Source: Polynucleobacter sp. AP-Capit-er-40B-B4 (GTDB lineage Bacteria; Pseudomonadota; Gammaproteobacteria; Burkholderiales; Burkholderiaceae). Taken from it: 32,000 nucleotides of DNA. Both the position numbers and the translations under genes were made by a program. The stretch covers positions 944,472 to 976,471 of the forward strand of contig NZ_JACVOV010000001.1 in the NCBI RefSeq assembly GCF_018882245.1. The letters run 5' to 3'. Below are positions 23,252 to 31,844 of the stretch, one piece after another. Position 1 is the stretch's first letter. Every line of letters begins with the position of its first letter. The notes beneath the pieces were generated by a model that saw only the letters and a program-made list of their open reading frames with translations, did no database searches and was not told where the DNA came from.

Positions 23252-23716
23252 TCAGCGAACCCAAGTTTGAGTTCTGCCCAACAGTGGGATGCCAATATAG
23301 CCCCTTACATCCAAAGTTTTATCGTTGACCATGTTAATTTTTACCTTATAAATCTCACCTTCTTCGGGATCTAGAATTTCTCCACCCGACCAAACCCCTG
23401 GACTAGATTTTTTGAGGCCTTTCATAATCATCATACCGATTATGGGTTTACCTTTTCGCTCATCTTTACATAAGTTGCAGTGGGTTACTAGCGTTTCGCC
23501 AGGGGTAGGAATTAGCTCAGTAACGGTGCCGATTAATTCACCATTTTTTTCTTCCAATCGAATTAATGAACTGGGTTGATTTGTTTTCTCATCAATCGTT
23601 TTCCAAACCCCAATTACTGGGTCTGTCGATTGTGCATTGCCATAACTTACAAAAAGAAAAGCGCTCAACACTATGTATTGGGCAAATTTTGTAACGATTT
23701 GTAATGGGTTAGTCAT
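23252..23716 (-). CDS. DUF2147 domain periplasmic protein
   Basis: 154 aa with a signal peptide. The blocks GVWKTID..., C.LC.D...GKPIIGM, WSGGEILDPEEGEIYK and LDVRGYIGIPLLGRTQTW fit DUF2147. Confidence 0.7.
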   Translation of the reverse strand: MTNPLQIVTKFAQYIVLSAFLFVSYGNAQSTDPVIGVWKTIDEKTNQPSSLIRLEEKNGELIGTVTELIPTPGETLVTHCNLCKDERKGKPIIGMMIMKGLKKSSPGVWSGGEILDPEEGEIYKVKINMVNDKTLDVRGYIGIPLLGRTQTWVR

Positions 23717-23780
23717 ATTACTTCCATTGAGTGGTTTAGCTACTAGTACAGATAGCCGTCTTTCATGTTAGATTGACGCC

Positions 23781-24572
23781 ATGATTAAATCTGTAAAACT
23801 AACCGCAAACCTGATATTACTTTGTTTTATATCAAGCATTTCTGTAGCTTATTCTGCAAACAGTATAGATTCTGATATTCCAAACGGGATTCCAGATCGT
23901 ATTGTGGGTGATATCGGAGCTGCTGTGTACAGCACTAATCTGAATATTGGTAGCTCTGGTAGCCAATCAATGGCCTTGCCCTATGGATTTTTTGACTACC
24001 AGCGCTTTGCCATGCGCATAGATCAGTTGGCCTTTAAAACTTTGCCTGTCGGATTTGGGTTTCTTGAAATCGTAGGTAAGGTAGATCCTGATTCCTTTAA
24101 GGTCAAGTCAACCATTAACAGTCAAACGATTAACAAAGGTTACCAAGTACCTATTGGCCTAGGAACATTTCAAGATACACCTATTGGAGCATTCTTTTTG
24201 AATGCCTATCATGACTTTGGTCAATCGAAAGGCAATCTCCTTGAGGTTAATTATTTTGCAGAAATCGAATTGATTAGCAAAGTAGTCCTCTACCCACAAG
24301 TAGGCATGGAGCGCCAGTCAGGCTCTTTTGCGAACTACTACTATGGTGTTACACCTGGGGAGGCTCAAATTACTGGGTATCGAGCATATACAGCCTCTGC
24401 TTCAAATAACCCATTGGCAGGTTTTTTACTTGAAATACCAGTAGCAGATGATTGGTACGTTAATTTATACGGAAAACGAAAATGGCTAGGTTCTGGAGTC
24501 AATAACAGCCCAGTCCTCACTCGTTCATTTCAGGATACGGTGTTTATGGCGCTTGCCTATCGTTTTAAATAG
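23781..24572 (+). CDS. MipA/OmpV-family outer-membrane protein
   Basis: 263 aa with a signal peptide, alternating beta-strand pattern and a C-terminal ...ALAYRFK. Confidence 0.6.
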   Translation: MIKSVKLTANLILLCFISSISVAYSANSIDSDIPNGIPDRIVGDIGAAVYSTNLNIGSSGSQSMALPYGFFDYQRFAMRIDQLAFKTLPVGFGFLEIVGKVDPDSFKVKSTINSQTINKGYQVPIGLGTFQDTPIGAFFLNAYHDFGQSKGNLLEVNYFAEIELISKVVLYPQVGMERQSGSFANYYYGVTPGEAQITGYRAYTASASNNPLAGFLLEIPVADDWYVNLYGKRKWLGSGVNNSPVLTRSFQDTVFMALAYRFK

Positions 24573-24573
24573 A

Positions 24574-25446
24574 TTAATCAATGATGCGAGCACGAATTAT
24601 TAATTGTTTAGCATCGTTGCTGTACTCAACTATTGCCTTGCGCTTAAAAAATGCTTCTTGAATGAATTCTACGGATTCATTAACTACTATTTCACGCTCG
24701 TTATCTAAAGTGATGATATGGTAAGAGCCGCCAAGCCAAATAATCTTACAAGTTGAAGATCTGATGCTCTTAGAGAGCCAATCAATGGTTGTTGGTGCAA
24801 CTACATCATCATCAATAGAGCAAATGATTTTTAAGTCAGATCGAAAATCAAGAAGAATTTTTTTTGCAAATTCAATCAGGCGTAAGGACTGATATAAATG
24901 TTTTGCTGAGAGCGAGGCTGATCCCACTTCTGTAGTTTCTTGCTCTAAAATTTGTTTGGCAACACGACGACGCACTTCAGGGTTACGCAAGCCGTAAGGT
25001 TGAGATTCTTTATAGTGCCAATTCGTAATGCCAAGTTTGAAGACAATATAAAGTAGTGGGTAGTACCAGGGTACGCTCCAACCATCAAAAGCAAAAACGG
25101 GTGAGAGGGCGACTACTGGTATACCCTTTTGATAATCAGCCTCGTAGGCTATTGCTAGTGTTGCACCCATGCTCAAGCCAATTAAACAAACTTGATCGTG
25201 GTTTTCAAGCAGTAAATTGACTACCGTATCTAATTCAGAGAGCCAAATATCAAATGTATCAAAGCCACTTTGAGCAGAGTAGCCATGAATTCTGGGAATA
25301 CAAGAGGTATGCCCTAATTTTTTGATTGCTTTGGGGATCGATCCCAACTCCAACATGGAGCCCTGAAGGCCAGGCAGGAATACTACTGCCATACCTGAAG
25401 TTCCTAGGGTAAACTCCTCGAAAAGATCATTCACTTCATTGGACAT
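24574..25446 (-). CDS. Alpha/beta-fold hydrolase
   Basis: 290 aa with the nucleophile elbow GLSMGA and an N-terminal VVFLPGLQGS oxyanion region. Confidence 0.7.
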   Translation of the reverse strand: MSNEVNDLFEEFTLGTSGMAVVFLPGLQGSMLELGSIPKAIKKLGHTSCIPRIHGYSAQSGFDTFDIWLSELDTVVNLLLENHDQVCLIGLSMGATLAIAYEADYQKGIPVVALSPVFAFDGWSVPWYYPLLYIVFKLGITNWHYKESQPYGLRNPEVRRRVAKQILEQETTEVGSASLSAKHLYQSLRLIEFAKKILLDFRSDLKIICSIDDDVVAPTTIDWLSKSIRSSTCKIIWLGGSYHIITLDNEREIVVNESVEFIQEAFFKRKAIVEYSNDAKQLIIRARIID

Positions 25447-25486
25447 GGTTTTAATTGGTAGTTAGCTTTAAAAGAGTGTAATCCAA

Positions 25487-25924
25487 ATGCAAATAAAAAA
25501 TTCACGGGCATGGGCGCCTAATATTCCTTCTGTCTATGGATATGCATTGCTTGGAACCCTGGCTGCATTTTTCATGCGCTATCAATTCCATCCATTAATG
25601 CAGGCCCAGTTCCCAATATTATTTTTTCTGTTTAACACTACTTTGATTGTTTACAAGTTCGGCTGGAAGCCAGCATCGATGAGCGCCATTATTGGGATGA
25701 TATTGGCCTATTATTTTTTTATACCGCCATTTAATAGTTTTGAGTTACCTTCCTTACTCGATATTCTAAATCTCAGTATCTATTCGCTTCTATTCATTAC
25801 GGTTATTTATTTAATTGAAAAATTACAACGTGAGCGATACAGGGCTGTACTGATTGCCAGAGTTTCTGATTCAAGAATGCAAATAATGGCGAAATTAAGT
25901 GCCGGTATAAAACCACTAGCTTAA
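25487..25924 (+). CDS. DUF4118-like membrane protein (stand-alone KdpD-type transmembrane domain)
   Basis: 145 aa with four hydrophobic helices and the motif YYFFIPPFNSF typical of DUF4118. Confidence 0.6.
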   Translation: MQIKNSRAWAPNIPSVYGYALLGTLAAFFMRYQFHPLMQAQFPILFFLFNTTLIVYKFGWKPASMSAIIGMILAYYFFIPPFNSFELPSLLDILNLSIYSLLFITVIYLIEKLQRERYRAVLIARVSDSRMQIMAKLSAGIKPLA

Positions 25925-26001
25925 AGTCTCAGGGCTGAGGCATGCCGCACCTAAGACTGCTATGGGTCGTTAGCCGCCCATGACAACAAATTAACTTAAG
26001 C

Positions 26002-26016
26002 GTCGTTTAAAACGAC
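26002..26016. repeat. Family-B palindrome GTCGTTTAAAACGAC, copy 2
   Basis: An exact 15-nt palindrome with 7-bp arms around a central A. Confidence 0.85.
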
Positions 26017-26205
26017 ATTACAAGACACTATGGTTGTTGGCGTAGGAATGGCAACACAATCCGTACACACAGAAAAATTGCCCCTCGCAAGATTCTGATT
26101 TCATTGCTAAATTTGACCAGCACAAGGACGCACAATTTTTAGACAAGTCCAAACTGGTGACTCAAGCCCTTGAAATCAAAGCGAAAGCGGTCTATCGGAG
26201 GATAT

Positions 26206-26283
26206 TTGAAAATCCTTGTGTCGGTGGTTCGATTCCGCCCCGGGCCACCAAGAAACACCAAAACCACCTTCGGGTGGTTTTTT
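26206..26283 (+). repeat. Displaced 3' half of tRNA-Phe (from TTGAAAA to CCA) plus terminator: attR-type scar of a 3'-replacing island
   Basis: Positions 26206-26250 are identical to tRNA positions 32-76 and the terminator copy is identical. No 5' half lies upstream. Confidence 0.9.
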
Positions 26284-26359
26284 CATTTGTCCCAACGAAG
26301 GCGATTCATTAATCAAAACAAGTGGCGTGGCATACAAACGCGCAGGTATTTGTTTATGA

Positions 26360-27154
26360 TTGCTTCAAATGAAAATTCACCGCGTCATATTGACGCCCAC
26401 AATGCTATGTGTATTCGCTCTTTTAGTCCCTTCCATTGCTTACGCATACCTACAAGATGAAATTCAAATTTACGATGATGAAATTAATGCTAAGGGTGAA
26501 TATAGTCTTGAGTTACATCTAAACACGACCCCAAGAGGCAATCAGCAACAAAGCTATCCAGGGGAGGTTGTGAATAACAACAATACTCGCGTGACGCCTG
26601 AGCTTGCCTATGGTTTGGGACATGATCTTGAGGCGGGCTTTTATTTGAGCTACTCAAATAACAATAATTCATTTAATTACGCTGGCGTCAAAGCAAGGCT
26701 TAAATGGTTGCCTTATCAAGAGGAAAAGGGCGATCCATTTTTTGCTGGCATTAATTTTGAGGTTGCAGATACGCCATATCCTTACGAACCATCGCGTTAC
26801 AACGGAGAAGTGCGATTTATTGTTGGTAAGCATATTGATGAATGGTTAGTAGCTTTTAACCCTATTTTTGACCAGGCACTATCTCAGCCTCAGGTACATC
26901 AGGGGCCAATATTTGCTACGGCTACGAGAGTATCGCGTAATGTCACTACCGACTGGGCCTTAGGGAGCGAACTCTACACCAATATGAATCAAGTAAATCA
27001 GCCGATTGTCTATCCTAATATGAATAACGTGATTTATGCCATGATGTATTTTGATGGCAAACCAATTGCCTTTCAGGCAGGTATTGGTAAGGGTATTAGC
27101 CATGGCGCTGACCAAACAACACTCAAGGCAATTTTGTCTATTCCCTTGCCGTAA
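26360..27154 (+). CDS. Outer-membrane beta-barrel protein (transporter / MetA-phenol-degradation-like family)
   Basis: 264 aa. The signal peptide ends SIAYA|YLQDEIQIYDD. The sequence is rich in aromatic and Gly beta-strands. The family call is tentative. Confidence 0.5.
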   Translation: MLQMKIHRVILTPTMLCVFALLVPSIAYAYLQDEIQIYDDEINAKGEYSLELHLNTTPRGNQQQSYPGEVVNNNNTRVTPELAYGLGHDLEAGFYLSYSNNNNSFNYAGVKARLKWLPYQEEKGDPFFAGINFEVADTPYPYEPSRYNGEVRFIVGKHIDEWLVAFNPIFDQALSQPQVHQGPIFATATRVSRNVTTDWALGSELYTNMNQVNQPIVYPNMNNVIYAMMYFDGKPIAFQAGIGKGISHGADQTTLKAILSIPLP

Positions 27155-27166
27155 TTGCTACTCTAT

Positions 27167-27221
27167 TTGAATATAAGGATCTGAGGTCCTGGATCCTGGT
27201 CGATTCTGCCCCAGGCCACCA
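27167..27221 (+). repeat. Degenerate tRNA 3'-half scar
   Basis: TTGAATA...ATCCTGGTCGATTCTGCCCCAGGCCACCA compared with TTGAAAATCCTTGTGTCGGTGGTTCGATTCCGCCCCGGGCCACCA. It is related to the scar at 31223. Confidence 0.65.
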
Positions 27222-27425
27222 AGAATCTAAATGGCCCACTGCTTGGGCTATTTTTATTAGAAGTGTCTAATGGTGCTTAGACCTTGTGCCTAGGGTAGTT
27301 AGTCTCTCCCCAATGATTTAATCCGTCAATCAGGATTCAGCCGCTCTGTGTCTGGACTGGGGTATCTAGTTCGCAAAATGTCTTTTATAAGGACGAATCA
27401 ATTATTCATCCCTGCGTCAGTTGAT

Positions 27426-27440
27426 GTCGTTTAAAACGAC
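27426..27440. repeat. Family-B palindrome, copy 3 (inside the 49-nt repeat 27399-27447)
   Basis: GTCGTTTAAAACGAC, located 26 nt upstream of the MFS start codon. Confidence 0.85.
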
Positions 27441-27465
27441 AAAACAAGAGTAAATTGAGTGTGTA

Positions 27466-28653
27466 ATGCTTAAAACAATCCTCGCCCTTCCTCGCGCAGT
27501 TTGGCTTATTGGTCTGATTAGTTTGGTGAATGATTCTGCCAGCGAGATGCTCTATCCATTAATGCCTTTATATCTAGCATCGGTCTTAATGGCAGGGCCA
27601 AAAGCACTTGGCATTATTGAAGGTATTGCCGAAGCTACTTCTAGCATTTTCAAATTAGTTTCAGGCGTCATTGTTGATCGCACCAAGAAAGCAAAACCTT
27701 GGATTGTTTTAGGTTACACACTTGCTGGTATTGGCAGGCCTTTGATTGCAATCGCCAATTCATGGATATGGGTGTTAGCAATTCGCTTTACTGATCGCAT
27801 GGGTAAGGGTCTTCGAAGTTCTCCTCGAGATGCTTTGTTGGCAGAAAGTGTGAATGAGAATCAACGAGGTGTTACTTTTGGTTTACATCGCTCGATGGAT
27901 AACGCAGGAGCAGTGATTGGACCATTATTGGCCGCAATATTTCTATCCATAGGCACACCACTTAAAGACATTTTTCTTTGGGCCATAGTTCCGGCAATCA
28001 TTACTTTTACGCTAGCTTTGTGTATCAAAGAGCCGCAAAAGGAGGCCGTTCCTCAAGCCAGTAAATTTAGCTGGTCTCTTCAGGGTATGCCAGATCAATT
28101 TAAAAGATACCTTGTGGTGGCTGGTATCTTTGCGTTAGCCAATTCATCCGACATGTTTTTGTTATTAAGGGCAAGAGAAGCGGGAGTTCCACAAGAACAA
28201 ATTCCACTCTTATGGGCGGCAATCTCACTCATTACTACTGTGTTCGGAACACCCTTGTCGGCGCTGTCAGACTCCTTTGGTCGAAAACGATTTATTTTGA
28301 TTGCTTGGATTGCCTTTGCGCTGTTTTATATCGCAATGGGTTTTCCAGGAATCACCACCTACCAGATATTTGCACTTTTCGGAATCTATGGATTATTCAA
28401 AGCCGCAACAGAGGGCGTAGAGAAAGCTTTGGTGGCAGATATGGCCCCCAAAGGATTGGCTGGCACCGCTTTTGGTTGGTTTAATTTAATTACTGGGTTG
28501 ATGCTATTTCCTGCATCATTTATCTTTGGTTGGATATATGAATCAATAGCGCCACTATATGCATTCTTATTTTCAGGAGGTTGTGCTCTAGTGGCGTTTT
28601 TGCTGATGGCCTTTTGGGTTTACAGGAATAAGGCTCATTGCGATGTCGTTTAA
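27466..28653 (+). CDS. MFS transporter
   Basis: 395 aa with about 12 hydrophobic helices and the MFS loop motifs DRTKK and DSFGRKR. Confidence 0.8.
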   Translation: MLKTILALPRAVWLIGLISLVNDSASEMLYPLMPLYLASVLMAGPKALGIIEGIAEATSSIFKLVSGVIVDRTKKAKPWIVLGYTLAGIGRPLIAIANSWIWVLAIRFTDRMGKGLRSSPRDALLAESVNENQRGVTFGLHRSMDNAGAVIGPLLAAIFLSIGTPLKDIFLWAIVPAIITFTLALCIKEPQKEAVPQASKFSWSLQGMPDQFKRYLVVAGIFALANSSDMFLLLRAREAGVPQEQIPLLWAAISLITTVFGTPLSALSDSFGRKRFILIAWIAFALFYIAMGFPGITTYQIFALFGIYGLFKAATEGVEKALVADMAPKGLAGTAFGWFNLITGLMLFPASFIFGWIYESIAPLYAFLFSGGCALVAFLLMAFWVYRNKAHCDVV

Positions 28654-28659
28654 AACGAC
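28645..28659. repeat. Family-B palindrome, copy 4, overlapping the MFS stop codon
   Basis: GAT GTC GTT TAA AACGAC: the last three codons and the stop of the MFS gene lie inside the palindrome. Confidence 0.85.
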
Positions 28660-28687
28660 AAATTCAATATACTTTTAAAATTCATAA

Positions 28688-29254
28688 ATGAAATGGATTT
28701 TTTCTATAGCCCTAGTTTTGCTCCTTTCCCAGGGCTACGCACAAGAAAACTCAAATCCTTATGATGTTCACGTGAGCACTAGGGCAATTGATGGCCGCAT
28801 TCAGATAGATGCTTCCTATACTGTGCCAATAAATATCTGTAGTGCTTTTGCTTTCATCACTGCTTATGAGGGCGCAAAAAATATACCCGGAATACTGGAA
28901 TCAAAAGTGATCTCTAGGTCTGGTAATAAGGTGCGGGTTTATAGGGTGATCGAAGAACAAATTCTATTTTTTCCAATTGAGCTCAAATCTACGATTGAAT
29001 ACACCGAGGTACCAAATCGTTTGGTGGCTTTTGAACAAATTAGTGGCGATACCAAGTACTACAAAGGTAGCTGGAAACTTCTCCCAGACAAAGATGCAAC
29101 CATCTTTAGGTATGAGGCTTTAGTTGAGCCTCATACCCTTATTCCCTCGAGCATCATTGAGTACTTTATGAAAAACAACCTTAGGGAGCGTTTTGAATTA
29201 ATGGCTCAAAAGGCTCGAGAAAATAAGTCACCTACTACAATGGCTTGTAAGTGA
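28688..29254 (+). CDS. Secreted SRPBCC (START/cyclase-dehydrase-like) family protein
   Basis: 188 aa with a signal peptide. The pattern is ..V.R.G..V.V......I.F.P....S..EY.E....L.F..I.GD.K.Y.G.W.L. Confidence 0.5.
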   Translation: MKWIFSIALVLLLSQGYAQENSNPYDVHVSTRAIDGRIQIDASYTVPINICSAFAFITAYEGAKNIPGILESKVISRSGNKVRVYRVIEEQILFFPIELKSTIEYTEVPNRLVAFEQISGDTKYYKGSWKLLPDKDATIFRYEALVEPHTLIPSSIIEYFMKNNLRERFELMAQKARENKSPTTMACK

Positions 29255-29288
29255 TAAACCCCCTATAGTTTAAAAAAATCTTAGCCTC

Positions 29289-30275
29289 TCAATTCAATTG
29301 CTGGGCAATCCAAATGTATGCGGGAATTCCAAGAATGATATTGAGTGGAAATGTGATTCCAATAGACAGCCCAAAATAAATCGATGGATTCGCCTCTGGA
29401 ATCGCATAACGTAAAACCGCTGGTACCACAATATACGATGCGCTTGCCGATAAAACCATTAAAAGAATAGTGTCAGCAGTTGTTACTCCAAAGAGAATGC
29501 AGGGCCCCAAGGCAATTGCCGCATGTATCAGCGGACTAATCGTGGCATAAGCTATTAAAGCGGCTGAGTTCTTAGCGGCATCCTTCAAATTTTTGGCAAC
29601 CATTAAGCCCATGTCTAGCAGGAAAAAGGCTAGCATTCCTTTAAATAAGTCACCGGAAAACGGTTGCATCATGGTTTTCCCAGCCTCGCCGCTCAGATAG
29701 CCCACCACCATCGCACCCAAGAGCAGTAAGTGCGCCCCATCGGTAAATGACTCATGCAAAATCGCTTTTAATGATGGTCTTTTTGTGCCAGAAGTTTCTA
29801 CATTGTGTCTGAGCATATTAGCAAGCAGGACAGCCATAATGATTGCCGGTGACTCCATTAAAACCAATGCTATTGCCATGTATCCATTTGGATTTAATTG
29901 GCTTTGCTCCATGTATTGAATGGCAGTCACAAACGTCACCGCGCTAACAGAGCCATACGATGCGGCAATTGCCGCCGCATCAAACTTATCAATCTTATTT
30001 TTCAAGAATAAGTAGCCTAGCGTGGGCACAAGAAAAGCCATCACTATTGCGATAGTCATGCTAAGTGCAATTTCAGAATTAAGCCCGGTTTTGGCAAGTG
30101 CAAAGCCACCTTTAAGTCCAAGTGCCATCAATAAGTAAAGTGATAAAAACTTCGCGATGGAGCGTGGAATTTCAAGATTGGACCGAATCAGACCGGCAAA
30201 GCATCCAAAGACAAAGAAAAGAATTGCAGGGTCAAGTAAGTTCTTCATGAGTTCTCCAAATTTAGGAGCAATCAT
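29289..30275 (-). CDS. Sodium-dependent bicarbonate transport family permease (SbtA-like, Sbt_1/DUF897)
   Basis: 328 aa and polytopic. The N-terminal LLDPAILFFVFGCFAGLIRSNLEIPRSIAKFLSLYLLMALGLKGGFAL matches the family signature. Confidence 0.7.
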   Translation of the reverse strand: MIAPKFGELMKNLLDPAILFFVFGCFAGLIRSNLEIPRSIAKFLSLYLLMALGLKGGFALAKTGLNSEIALSMTIAIVMAFLVPTLGYLFLKNKIDKFDAAAIAASYGSVSAVTFVTAIQYMEQSQLNPNGYMAIALVLMESPAIIMAVLLANMLRHNVETSGTKRPSLKAILHESFTDGAHLLLLGAMVVGYLSGEAGKTMMQPFSGDLFKGMLAFFLLDMGLMVAKNLKDAAKNSAALIAYATISPLIHAAIALGPCILFGVTTADTILLMVLSASASYIVVPAVLRYAIPEANPSIYFGLSIGITFPLNIILGIPAYIWIAQQLN

Positions 30276-30335
30276 AGGGATGCCTATACATAAAGTAAAA
30301 TCGATATTAATAGTTTTATATATAGGTAAAAACTG

Positions 30336-31226
30336 ATGAATATTACTTTTAGACAGTTAAGACTATTTTTGGCGCTTGCTGAGACTGGAAGCGTTAGTGC
30401 GGCGGCGCGGATGGTTCATGTCACCCAACCAACGGCCTCTATGGGCTTAAAAGAAATCACGGATGCTGTTGGAGTGCCCCTCTACGAAGTGGTTGCTAGG
30501 AAAGTACATCTAACAGCGATGGGTCAGGAGTTGGCTAAAACAGCCAGAGCCATTTCTACCGAGTGGGAATCCTTTGAACAAGAGGTTCATGGAGTAAAGG
30601 GATTAACGCAGGGCAAGTTAAAGGTTGCAGTGGTGAGTACTGCCAAATACTTTGTTCCCAGAATATTAGGCACCTTTTGCGCAAAGTATCCTCAAATCGA
30701 TATTTCTCTGGAGGTTCTTAATCGGGATGGTGTAGTGAAAAGATTAGAAGAAAATTTAGATGATCTTTACATCATGTCTCAGCCGCCACTGCATTTGGAT
30801 TTAGAAGACGAAGTGTTTATGCCAAACCCTTTATTGTTGATAGCCTCTAAGGAGCATTTGCTTGCCAAGAAAAAGATAGTTGACCTGACCTCACTGACGA
30901 ATGAAAAATTTATCTTTAGAGAAAAAGGCTCTGGTACCAGAATGGCGACAGATGCTCACCTTAAACGACTCAAGTTCAAGCCTGATGTTAAGTTAGAGCT
31001 AGGGAGCAATGAGGCAATTAAACAGGCGGTTATAGGCGGCCTAGGCATAGCAGTTTTGTCTAGGTATTCTTTGGGTGATAAATCTGACCAAGAAGCGGTT
31101 GCAATTTTGAAATGTAAAGACTTTCCCATTCAATCAAGCTGGCATATTGTGAGCCCTAAAGGCAAAAAGCTATCTCCAATAGCAACCATATTTAAGAAGC
31201 ACTTATCTCAACAGGCCAAAGGCTGA
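30336..31226 (+). CDS. LysR-family transcriptional regulator (CbbR/CmpR-like), divergent from the SbtA-like gene
   Basis: 296 aa with the N-terminal HTH FRQLRLFLALAETGSVSAAARMVHVTQPTASMGLKEI and a LysR substrate-binding domain. Confidence 0.85.
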   Translation: MNITFRQLRLFLALAETGSVSAAARMVHVTQPTASMGLKEITDAVGVPLYEVVARKVHLTAMGQELAKTARAISTEWESFEQEVHGVKGLTQGKLKVAVVSTAKYFVPRILGTFCAKYPQIDISLEVLNRDGVVKRLEENLDDLYIMSQPPLHLDLEDEVFMPNPLLLIASKEHLLAKKKIVDLTSLTNEKFIFREKGSGTRMATDAHLKRLKFKPDVKLELGSNEAIKQAVIGGLGIAVLSRYSLGDKSDQEAVAILKCKDFPIQSSWHIVSPKGKKLSPIATIFKKHLSQQAKG

Positions 31227-31309
31227 AAATAGGATCAGACATCCTGGGCCCTGGTCGATTCCGCCTCGGGCAACCAAGAAGCACCAAAACCACCTTCGGG
31301 TGGTTTTTT
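31223..31309 (+). repeat. Degenerate tRNA 3'-half scar plus a well-preserved terminator copy (outermost scar of the 3' array)
   Basis: CTGAAAAT...ATCCTGGGCCCTGGTCGATTCCGCCTCGGGCAACCAAGAAGCACCAAAACCACCTTCGGGTGGTTTTTT. The LysR stop TGA (31224-31226) lies in the core-like CTGAAAA. Confidence 0.7.
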
Positions 31310-31457
31310 CATTTGGGTTAATCATCAAACCCAACGCTAAGGACTGCGAAATGGTAGGCTTAACCGTATAACAATTTCTTGACTTGCTCGACATTGCCAA
31401 CTAATATTTACTATTATGTTTTTTGTAAAACCTTTAATTAATTTTAGGAGGTAATCC

Positions 31458-31646
31458 ATGTATTCAAAAGTCCTTACACTTCTCTTATTGGTCGTCAGTA
31501 CAAGTTTTGCAACAGCCCAGCAGATGAAGTACTGTAGTGTCAGAATTGGAGGAACCGCTATTTATAGTTGCCACGACACTCCTGCTGACTGTAACTTTAT
31601 GAATCCTGATAAGTCAACATACAGATGTGTTGCGATGCCGAGGTAG
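31458..31646 (+). CDS. Small secreted cysteine-containing protein
   Basis: 62 aa with a strong SD (AGGAGG 6 nt upstream), a signal peptide ending FATAQ and four Cys in the mature part. Confidence 0.5.
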   Translation: MYSKVLTLLLLVVSTSFATAQQMKYCSVRIGGTAIYSCHDTPADCNFMNPDKSTYRCVAMPR

Positions 31647-31844
31647 TAAGACTCTAAGAGTCTCAGTAAGAGGCTCCTGTTTACTTTATTCCAACCCCCC
31701 TTTAGAGCCCTATCTTTGCAACTAAAGAGGCGGACGAATGGCAAAGCCGCGTCCTCAAGCCATGCGCCTCAGAGGCCACACTGCAGAACATAATATTATT
31801 TCCCGCAATAGATTTCAATAACCACCCCAATTGCTACTAAGACT

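Noticed and set aside
26040-26205. An open frame without a start codon reading into the tRNA 3' fragment (..FIAKFDQHKDAQFLDKSKLVTQALEIKAKAVYRRIFE). I considered it as a possible remnant of the lost integrase or another island gene.
   Set aside because: It has no start codon, no recognisable integrase C-terminal motif and only ~55 codons. I cannot support it from sequence alone.
28212-28484. ORF 28212..28484 inside the MFS gene, and ORFs 26490..26672 and 31562..31744 on the minus strand.
   Set aside because: Each overlaps a better-supported gene, either out of frame on the same strand or antisense, and none is supported by any motif.
13705-28659. A CRISPR array or other regularly spaced repeat array formed by the two palindromic repeat families.
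   Set aside because: Spacing is irregular (0.27 to 3.6 kb), the repeats are separated by full genes, and there are no cas genes. This is not a CRISPR.
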